In this document: piece after piece, positions 47,879 through 57,783 of the stretch
How the letters are laid out: each line of letters begins with the position of its first letter
Numbering within the stretch: position 1 is the first letter of the stretch
DNA from: Basidiobolus meristosporus CBS 931.73
Taxonomy: Eukaryota > Fungi > Basidiobolomycota
DNA: 57,783 bases
Assembly (NCBI GenBank): GCA_002104905.1
Contig: MCFE01000562.1
Location: forward strand, 1-57,783
Direction of reading: 5' to 3'
Made by a program: the position numbers and the translations under genes
Notes under the pieces: generated by a model
What the model saw: only the letters and a program-made list of their open reading frames with translations
What the model was told of the DNA's origin: nothing
Database searches by the model: none

Positions 47879-50800
47879 ATGTCTACTAGCTTCACCCCGG
47901 TTGCTGTGATTGGTGTTGGTTGCCGTATGCCTGGTGGGGCCACTAATCCGTCCAAACTATGGAGCTTACTAAAGGAAGGAAGGAGTGCTCAAGCAGAGGT
48001 TCCCAAAGGCCGTTTCAATGTGGAGGCATTTTATCACCCAGATGGGGATCACAAAGGAACGGTGAGGAATCAATGTTTACTCCCTGGTGTCTAAATCGCA
48101 TAAATTGAGATTTTTCTTAGGCAAATGTCAAGACTGCCCACTTCCTAGAAGAGGACCCTAGCACCTTCGATGCTAGCTTTTTTTCCATCTCCCCGAATGA
48201 AGCCAAAGCTATGGATCCTCAGCAAAGAATTCTGATGGAGGTAGTCTATGAGGCCCTTGAAAATGGTGAGGATACACATATTATATGAAGGCAGCGTTAA
48301 ACTAATCTCCGCTTCTTTTACTCAGGAGGAATACCCATAGAAAGTATTGCGGGTACTGACACTGGAGTCTTTGTTGGTAAATTGATGTTGGAGTTTAGAA
48401 CAATAAACGACGTTACTAATCCCAATATCAGGTTTATTTACAAACGATTATCACGAAATGCTCATTCGAGACGTCGAGACCGCTCCATTGTACCAAGCCA
48501 CTGGTACTGGTCATGCTATCGTGTCCAATCGAATTTCATACTTCTTTGATTTGAAGGGGCCAAGGTAAGCAAAAGAAATCCTGAATTCCGATCATATCTT
48601 GGCTGATACCCATTTCAGTTTTACTCTGGACACAGCATGTTCATCTAGTTTGGTAGCAGTTCATTTGGCATGCCAAAGTTTGCTAACAGGGGAATCTAAA
48701 ATGGTAATCTACACATGTTCCCTATTGGATTCCAGGGCTTCTGCTTAATTTTTATGCTCAGGCCATCGTGGGTGGAACGAACCTGATCTTCAGCCCAGAC
48801 TTGTTTGTGTACGTAAAGTTTCATCAACTTGATCCTGAGCAGGGTCATGAATTAATGTTTTTCACATATAGCGCTATGAGCAACCTACATTTCCTCAGCC
48901 CTACTGGTATTTGTCATACCTACGATAAAGATGCGGATGGTTATGCTAGAGGCGAGGGTGTATGTACCGTCGTTCTCAAGCCCTTGGAGGATGCAATCCG
49001 TGATGGAGATCCGATTCGTGCGGTTATTAGAGGAACCGCTGTTAACCAGGATGGCCGTACCTCAGGTATTACTTTACCTTCTACAGAGGCACAAGAGGCT
49101 ATGATCCGTTCAGCCTACCAAAAAGCTGGCTTAGACTTCAAATCCACTCAGTACTTTGAGGCCCATGTAAGACTTATTTGGGTCTGCTCCAAGAATTTCG
49201 ATTAACCTTTCACTCATTAGGGAACAGGGACCCCAGCTGGAGATCCAATTGAGGCAAGCGCTATTGGACGCGTGTTTGGTGCCGACCGCTTGGAGAACGA
49301 TCCTCTTATAGTAGGATCCATAAAGACCAATATTGGCCACCTCGAAGGCGCAAGTGGTCTTGCTGGTTTAATCAAAACCATTTTGTGCTTAGAGAAAAGC
49401 CAAATACCTCCAAATCTTCATTTTGCAAAAGCTAATAATAGGATCGATCTTGACAAATGGAGGATCAAGGTAAGCACCTTCTTATCCGAGACTACCTGTG
49501 TGGTATTAATGAATAATGTGACCTCTGCAGGTGCCGAATTCTCTATTAGCCTGGCCAAAGAGTGAAGGGTCAGCACCTCGTAGAGCAAGCGTGAATTCCT
49601 TTGGATACGGTGGAACCAATGCACACGTGATTCTAGATTCCGCGGAGTCCTACCTTTATCCCATAGACAACACAGTATCAAACATACATTCTCACCACAA
49701 AAAAGCCTATCTTATCCCTCTTACCAGTAATGATGAAGCGTCAGGTAAAAGAATGGTTGAGAGTTTTGCTGCTTTTCTTCAAGAGGATGACTTGTCTGAG
49801 CGAGTCAGTATCGATGATTTGGCATTCACTTTAAGCTGTCGTCGCTCTATGCTTCCCTGGAGAGCAAGTCTAGTCGTGTCCTCTATTGCAGAGTTACGTG
49901 AAAACCTCCAGACACAAATCAACTTCGTTCACCAAGAGAACAAAGTGCCTAGGGTTGCCTTTGTATTTACCGGGCAAGGTGGACAATGGTAAGGCAAAAT
50001 TGAATCAAAAGACACCAAGCAGCCTGGATATGTATTAACACGTATATATCCTATGCAGGTGGGGTATGGGTAGAGAGTTGATAGAGCGATCACCTCGATT
50101 CAAATCGGTACTGCAACGATGTGATAGTCATTTGCAGACACTACCTGATAGGCCTGCCTGGTCACTGCTGGGTAAGCGCGACTGCCTAAAAACACGCTCA
50201 ATATAATATACCAATGTGTAACTAACCCGATGTTTAGAGGAATTCTTAAAATCCGAGGCCGAAACTCGGGTAAATCAATCCGAATTTTCTCAACCTCTTT
50301 GCACAGCTCTGCAAATTGCATTGGTGACTTTATGGAAATCTTGGGGAGTCGAGGCAAATGTGGTAGTTGGTCACTCGTCTGGTGAAATAGCCGCTGCGTA
50401 TGCCTCAGGAGTGCTTACGCTAGAGCAGGCTATCACGGTAGCTTATTATCGAGGCATTCACATGTCAAGAGCCTCTCTCCAAGAAAAGAAGGGTGGGATG
50501 ATCGCAGTCGCCATGTCTGAAGCTGAGGCAAACGAATTCCTACTGACCGAGTTTTCAAGTGGAGTTGTAGTCGCTTGTATCAACAGTCCAACGAATGTCA
50601 CCATTTCTGGAGATATAGATGTTATAAATGCTATCAAGAGCAACCTGGATGCGAAGGGAGTCTTTGCTAGAATCCTCAAGGTGGATTCTGCCTTCCACTC
50701 ACATCATATGCATCCACTGGGACCGGCGTATCAAAAGGCATTAGAGGCATATCAACTAGAGCCTAGTCAACCTCAAATTCGTATGGTGTCATCGGTCACC

Positions 50801-53800
50801 GGCGCTGCTATAGCAAATGGGGAGGAGCTTGGACCGGCGTATTGGGCAGAAAACATGATGTCTCCCGTCCAGTTTTCCAAAGCAGTCGAAGGCGTTTTAC
50901 TTACTACAGATCGTCGATCAAGATCTAGTAGAGCAATTGATGTTGTGATCGAGGTTGGGCCTCACTCTGCCCTTGCAGGGCCTATCAGTCAAATTATGAA
51001 AGCAATTCAGGTGCCGAAAAGTGATGTTCCATACATATCTACACTAATCCGTGAAAAAGATGCTGAATACACGACCGCGGCTGCGGCAGGAAAGCTGCTG
51101 GAAAGAGGGTTCCCAATCAATTTGGAGCTAATCAACTCTCTGGAAATTCTAAACGACGATCATTCAGTCAGATGTATCCACGGCAAATGCCTTACTGATC
51201 TTCCAACCTACTGCTGGAACCATTCGAACAAGTATTGGCACGAATCGAGAGTTAGTAGGAACTATCGTTTCCGCGTAGAGCCTCGTCACGACATCTTGGG
51301 TGCACTCTGTCCAGATTCTATCGATACCGAGCCGCGCTGGCGAAATCAGTTAAGGATTAAAGAGCTTCCGTGGTTGATGGATCACATGGTGCAGGAAAAC
51401 GTCATCTTTCCAGCGGCTGGGTATATCAGCATGGCTTTGGAGGCAGCAAAGCAGTTCAGTAACTCCGAAGGGGACACTATTGATGAATTTTATCTAAAAG
51501 AAATCTGCATTCAAAAAGCCCTGATCCTGGATGACTCGGAGAATGGTGTGGAAACGCTCTTTGTATTGCGATCAACTCCATCCAGCAGCAAATCCTCATC
51601 AGCGGTATGGAAAGAATTCAGAGTATTTTCCTATGGCGAAAACGAGAAATGGGAGGAGAACTGCCGTGGCCAGATTTCCATTAAACTGACTGGAAGCAAA
51701 GGCACCTCTCATTGCGGCCCAGGCTACGATAAAGTGCAATTATTGGAAGCTGAGAAAGAGTGCACCGTTAATGTAGATTCGGAAGACACGTATGAATCCC
51801 TTGCCAGCGTTGGATTGGAATATGGCATTACATTTAGAGGACTTCGCAATATCAAAGCTGGCAAATCCCAAGCAATAGCAACTGTAGAAGCACAGGATGT
51901 GGAAGAAATCATGCCCTCGAATTATCAAAGCAGCTATATCCTCCATCCTTCAGTTCTGGACGCTTGCTTCCAGCTCATATTTCCTGCGATGACTGCAATC
52001 AATAGCAATCAAGGACTATCCGAGCCTTATGTGCCAACATATATCAAGAAGCTAATCGTCTCCGGTGATTTTGTTACTGAAAAATTCGCTCAAATGAAGG
52101 TTCATGCCATATCGGATATGAAAGGTTTTCGTGAAGCTGAAGCAAGTTTACGTGCTTACTCCACAAGCAACTCCGACGAAGATGAATGCAAGCTGATAAT
52201 GGAGGTTCTTGGATTGCAATGTACAGCCCTCGGAAGGTCTGGAAAGGAAATTAATGAGGCATTGGCCAAAAACCGCTCGTTGTTCTTCCGCATGATCTGG
52301 GCCCCGGATTTCGAGTATTTCACACCAGAGCAAGCGAACTGCCAGTATAAACCAAGCTACGAAGCAAAGAAGGAAGCTGATTTAGTGCCCGTTTTGGAAA
52401 AACTCTCGTTATTTTATATTAGACGTGCGCTCGCCATCATTGACCCAAAAGAAGTTAGCTCATTTGCTCACCATCATCAAACATTCTATGAATGGATGGA
52501 GCTGATGGTGAAAGAGACTGCTATGGGCAACTTGGATTATACTGATCCTGCTTGGTTAACCGAGTCCATGAGTACACTCGAATCACTTGCTAATAGTGTT
52601 TCCGAAATATGCGTCGATGCCAAATTGCTGAATCAAATTGGTTCTAACCTTGAACGAATTCTTAGGGGAGAAGTGGAAGCATTGGAACTGATGTTGAAGG
52701 ACGATCTTCTCTATGATTTCTATCGATATGCGCTAGGAAATGGCCAGGCTTATAACACATTGGAGAAGGTGGCTGATAGCTTTGCTCATAAGTACCCAAA
52801 CGCTAATATTCTGGAAATCGGTGCTGGCACAGGTGGAGCCACCAAAGCCTTCTTGGAATCTCTGGGAGGAGGAAATAACAAGCGAAGACGCTTTGCTTCT
52901 TACACATTTACCGATGTGTCAAGTGGTTTCTTCGAGAAAGCTCAGAATATATTCGCTCATTGGGACTCTTGGATGACCTACAAAGTACTCGACATCGAAA
53001 AGGATCCTTTATCTCAGGTTGGTCCATATCAATAATGCCTATAAACTCCAGTACTCAATCAATATTCCAGGGTTTCGTAGAAGGAAGTTATGACCTAATT
53101 GTGGCCGCCAATGTAAGTTAGGAACCACAAGTTAACTTCAGAATATTCTCTTATTGTCATATCAAAGGTTTTGCATGCCACAGCAAATATGGAAGTAACC
53201 ATGAGTCATGTTAGAAAGCTTTTGAAGCCGTAAGTACTTTGGGCCTGTGTTCAACACCTGCAAATTCACTCACAGTGGTTTTAGTGGTGGCCGCCTCGTT
53301 TTACTGGAGATCACCAGATGTAATTAAAATATGATAGAAAGTAATTTCACAGCATCTTTACTAACATTACAACAGGTTTGCTCCGAGTTAGCGTCATGAT
53401 GGGCCCGCTTCCAGGGTGGTGGCTAGGGGAAGGAGATGGCCGCAAGTGGGCACCTACGATTAATGAGTCTGAATGGGACACTCTGCTTAAGAAAACGGGA
53501 TATTCCGGATTGGATGTCTCTGTAAGGGACTTCGAAGATGAAAGTAAATATATGTGTAGTATTATGATGTCAGAAGCCGTAGGTGAATCTATAGAGCGAG
53601 AGGTATCCGGAAGAAATTCTATTGTTGTCGTTGTCAACGATGACTCAAATGCTTGTTCGGTCGAGGGAGCAATTTTTGCACAGCTACAAGTTGTTGCTAA
53701 GCAAAACCAGCAATCCATCCAAGTTGTTTCGTTCAGTCGAGTATTTGATAGCGATACATTTTTTGGGAGTGTACCAACAGTAATAGTTCTTGCAGAGCTA

Positions 53801-56800
53801 GAACAACCGATTTTGCTCAATTGTGACGAACGGATGTTTCAGGGATTGCAGCGAATTATGGATCAATCATCAGTTGTGCTCTGGCTCACACAGGTACAAA
53901 TCCATTACAAATTGCCGCTCGCAACTTCATTCACGCTAATCTGAAATCTATGTAGGGTGGTTCCGTGGAATGCTCCAAACCTGAAAACAGCTTGATTACT
54001 GGCCTCTCCCGTAGTATTCGTTCCGAAAACCCAGCAATTAACTTGATCGTCATTGATTTGGATTCCAAAGATGGCACGAAAGCGGATCATGTAGCAAAAA
54101 GAATCTTTCAAATATACGAAAAAACCTTAAGAACTGCACAAGAGCAATGTTCTGACCAAGTTCTAGGGCTACTGGAAGAGGAAATTGCCGAGAGAAATGG
54201 CCTCATCCTGATCCCACGAATTATTCCCGACACTGAACTTAATGCCAATCTGAACCAGACTGCCAGTAAGATTCGGGTTGAATCGTTCTACCAAGAGGGA
54301 AGACCACTTCGCTTAGAAATCGGCCAGCCTGGTCTTTTAGATACATTGGAATTTACCGATGACCCAGTAGTCGCTGAGCCATTACACGATGATGAAGTCG
54401 AAATTGAAGTCAAGGCCGCTGGTCTCAACTTCAGAGATATCACTGTTGCCATGGGTGTTTTGACCGATAACTTCCTTGGGTGTGAATGCTCGGGAGTCAT
54501 CTCAAGGGTTGGTGCTAATGCTCCAAGCAATTTGAAGGTAGGAACTCGAGTGGCCACCTGGATTTTAGGTGCGTATTGCAATTATGCACGTAATCCAGCG
54601 ACTCTAGTTCAACCAATACCCGATTCCATGGCATTTGATGTCGCGGCTTCCCTGCCAATTGTGTATTGTACTGCGTACTACGGTCTGATTGATATTGCTC
54701 GACTTCAGCCTGGGGAAACTGTGCTTATTCATGCAGCTGCAGGAGGTGTTGGTCAAGCCGCGATTATGCTTGCCAAGTGGGTGGGTGCCGAAATATTTGT
54801 CACCGCTGGATCCTCCCGGAAAGTCGAATTCTTGAAAAAGACGTACGGCATTCAGGAAGATCACATCTTCTCAAGTAGAGATAACTCGTTTGTCAAAGGC
54901 GTTCTTGATAAGACTCACGGCCGTGGTGTAGATGTCATTCTAAACAGTTTGGCAGGAGAGCTTCTAAGAGAAACATGGGATTGCGTTGCAAACTTTGGCC
55001 GCTTCATAGAGATGGGGAAACGTGATATCCAGGAGAACGGAAAATTAGACATGGGTCCATTCATTCGTAATGTAATGTTCGCTTCGGTAGACCTGACAGT
55101 AATCTTCAGACAAAACAAACCTTTGGGGGCCAGATTATTCCAAGAGGTGATGGCGTTGCTGAAAACTGGTAGTATACGGGAGGTATCTCCTATCACCATC
55201 TATGACTTTTCGAATATAGAGTCTGCATTTCGTTTCATGCAAGCGGGAAAGCACATTGGAAAGATCGTTCTTACCCCCAAGAAAGAAGACATGGTGAAGG
55301 TCCGTGTACCTCCCAGGAAGAAATGCAGCTTCCGTGAGGATAGAACCTACCTACTAGTTGGTTGCTTAGGTGGCCTTGGACGCTCATTATCTATGTGGAT
55401 GCGAAAAAATGGTGCCAAATACTTCTTGTTCCTAAATAGAAGTGGAGTTGAGAAATCGGAAGCAAAATCTTTGGTGCAAGACCTAATGGATGATGGCGCC
55501 ATAGTCAATGTTGTCAAGGGAGATGTGTCTGTCTATCAGGATGTCCAAAACGCCATCGATGCTGCTAAAAAGTCCATGCCTGCAATCGGAGGTGTAATTC
55601 AAGCCGCTATGGTACTCAAAGATGCTATATTCATGGATATGCCTCATAAGGTGTACCGTGATGTGATTCAACCTAAGGTGACTGGATCCTGGAACCTACA
55701 TAATCTTCTGATGGATTCCCCGTTGGAGTTTTTCGTCATGTTCGCTTCACTCTCAGGCGTTATCGGAAACAGGGCCCAATCCAATTATGCTGCAGCAAAT
55801 ACCTATCTAGATGCACTAGCACGCCACCGTCGTAACCTGGGTCTGCCAGGCTCAACAATTGACGTGGGTATGATCGTTGGTGTTGGATATGTGGCCGAAA
55901 ATGCTCAACACGAATCTACGTTAAGAAAATACGGCTATCTGGGAATTGATGAAAGAGAATTCCATGAGATGTTGGATGCAGCAATCTCTGGCCAGCCGCT
56001 TTGCGATAGTAGCGACATGTCAATGGTGGATTCAGAAACCAGTGCGCAGTATGTTACAGGAGTTGGAAATCCGAGGTCCATGAAAAAACATATGACAAAT
56101 GGAAATGAGGGTGAAGGTGATGCTTTTTGGGCTGGCAATGCTAGATTTTCGCATTTGATTGTCATAGCCGATGACGACAGCAAGAAAGGGCAAGAAAGTG
56201 AGATCGGCACTGAAGTACGGGCAATTAAAGATTTGCTAAAGGAATGTCGGGACAAATCAGAAGTTGCACTCGTAGTAGTTGAAGCCTTTTTGAAGAAGCT
56301 GTCCGTCATATTGGCACTTCCTATTGAAAATTTGGACCCGGCCCAATCCACATCGAAGTATGGCCTTGATTCACTGATTGCTGTTGAAATTCGTAACTGG
56401 TTTTATCGCGAATTCACGGTAGATGTTCCTCTGTTTGGTAAGCTGCCAGTCTATACTATTTTTTGCTTCGTTACTAAAGTAAATTTCCTATCATTTGAAA
56501 CATAGATATTTTGGGCAGTAAATCCATCTATGCCTTGGCAGAAAAAATCGCTAATAAGATTCAACTTGATGCAACCGAAGAGACTCATGAGCAATCTCCC
56601 AACGCTAAGGGGTCACAAGGAATGAAAGAACTTATTGGACCATTAGATGAACCTTCACTTGTCTCCAGACCTCGAACCCAAGATCTCTTAATGTCTCATG
56701 GACAGCAACGCTTATGGTTTATGCAAAAATACTTGGAAAACAAATCTGCCTACAACGTGACACTAGCTGTCCGGTTCGATGGCTCTGTGAATGTTCGCGC

Positions 56801-57783
56801 ATTAGATTCAACCTTCCAATACTTGATCCAGCGTCACGAAGTACTTCGTACTAAACTTTTGCAGAAGGATAACAAGTTTGTTCAAGAAATCGCCACTTTG
56901 GTCCCATTCACTATCGGAATCATTGACTTAACGGATGGTATTGATACCGACAAGGAGGAAGCTATCAATAAGGCTTTCAAGAACGCTAGTGACCACGTAT
57001 TTGATTTGGAGGCTGGCCGCGTCATTTTGGCGAACTTACTGCAGTTTGACAGTTTATCTTCAGTTTTGATTCTTGGAGTCCATCATGTTGCTTGGGACAG
57101 AGCAAGTGTTGATTTACTGATAAAGGATATGGTGGCCATATATTCTCAAGTTGCAGCAGGATTGGAGCCACCTGTGTTAGAGCCTCTCTCACTTCAGTAC
57201 GCTGATTTTGCCATGTGGCAGCATGAGCGACTCCAAGGGCAATTTTTGGAGAGTCACCTACAGTATTGGAAGGAGAAGCTGGATGGGATCCCAGATGCAA
57301 TGCCTCTACTTCCGTTCGCCAAGGTAGAGCGGAGACCCGAGATTCAACAATTCCAAACCCAATCCGTACGTTATGTTCTAGAGAATGAAGCTTGGGAAAC
57401 AGCAAAGAAAGTAGGGCAAACTTATGAAGCAACTCCGTTCTTCCTGTTGATGGCCACTCTTCAGCTATTGATGCACAGCTATAACAAAGAGGAAGAATTT
57501 ATTGTGGGATTTACTGATAGAAACCGCACACATCCTGCATTAGAAGAAATCGTTGGTTTCTTCGTTAACATTCTTCCGATTCGTGGCAAAGTTACAAGTG
57601 ATACTACTTTTGCCGAGGCGCTAGAGAACGTACGCAAAGAATGCCTAGAGGCTTATGAGTACAGCGCCCTACCATTCGACCTGATTCTAAGCCAACTTCC
57701 TGAGAAGCGCTCCATGGCACATTTCCCGATATTCCAAATACTGCTCAACTACCAAATCTACCAAATACCGAAGGTTAGCTTCC
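47879..57783 (+). CDS. Highly reducing iterative PKS fused to an NRPS condensation domain (KS-AT-DH-cMT-ER-KR-ACP-C...), 3'-truncated by the window
   Basis: About 16 GT-AG introns. KS DTACSSS (Cys codon 48638), EAH|[16 protein letters not shown]; AT GHSSG and AFHS; [12 protein letters not shown] and HPSVLD; c[12 protein letters not shown] and NVLHAT; ER GLNFRD and HAAAGGVGQ; KR GCLGGLG and SNYAAAN; ACP GLDSL (Ser 56371). After intron 56438-56505 the frame is stop-free to 57783 and encodes a C domain ([22 protein letters not shown] at 57081-57098, [17 protein letters not shown]). Confidence 0.95.

Larger units (their letters stand above)
37608..57783. other. Secondary-metabolite biosynthetic gene cluster (partial; right end outside window)
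   Basis: Six consecutive genes with short intergenic spaces, all backbone or tailoring enzymes: FMO, FSH1-like hydrolase, alpha/beta hydrolase, P450, acyltransferase, HR-PKS-C. Confidence 0.88.

Noticed and set aside
57022-57432. 136-aa minus-strand ORF
   Set aside because: Antisense shadow of the PKS condensation-domain frame.
56691-57783. Bacterial origin of the C domain
   Set aside because: The LCL-like motifs are shared with fungal hybrid C domains, and the PLLPF and RS..H.P.FQ blocks look fungal; this cannot be claimed without a phylogeny.
1-57783. CRISPR arrays or prokaryotic operon features
   Set aside because: No regularly spaced repeats; the genes carry spliceosomal introns.

Overview
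Eukaryotic, fungal DNA: short ~55-65 nt GT-AG introns with CTAAC/CTGAC branch points and a fungal-type CBM21 PP1 subunit. A SERTA-like domain, a serpin and an animal-like FMO suggest an early-diverging fungus (Basidiobolus-like is a guess, not shown). The window has three zones. (1) 1-21 kb is a CpG-depleted transposon graveyard: two relics of a CACTA/En-Spm family, one split in-frame by a tail-to-tail pair of sibling Ty1/Copia elements, one of which carries a solo LTR with a 5-bp TSD. A CpG-rich island with a SERTA-like gene lies between the CACTA relics. (2) 22.8-36 kb holds host genes: CBM21/PP1 targeting subunit, secreted CBM9-like protein, small acidic ORF, atypical DH-PH RhoGEF, intracellular serpin. 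(3) 37.6 kb to the right edge is a compact secondary-metabolite gene cluster: FMO, FSH1/LovG-like serine hydrolase, alpha/beta hydrolase, P450, HXXXD acyltransferase, and an intron-rich highly reducing PKS (KS-AT-DH-cMT-ER-KR-ACP). The PKS has apparently intact cMT and cis-ER domains and is spliced in-frame to an NRPS condensation domain that runs off the window and is missing from the supplied ORF track. This cluster is the best candidate for an undescribed system. All gene models were spliced by eye; no database searches were run.
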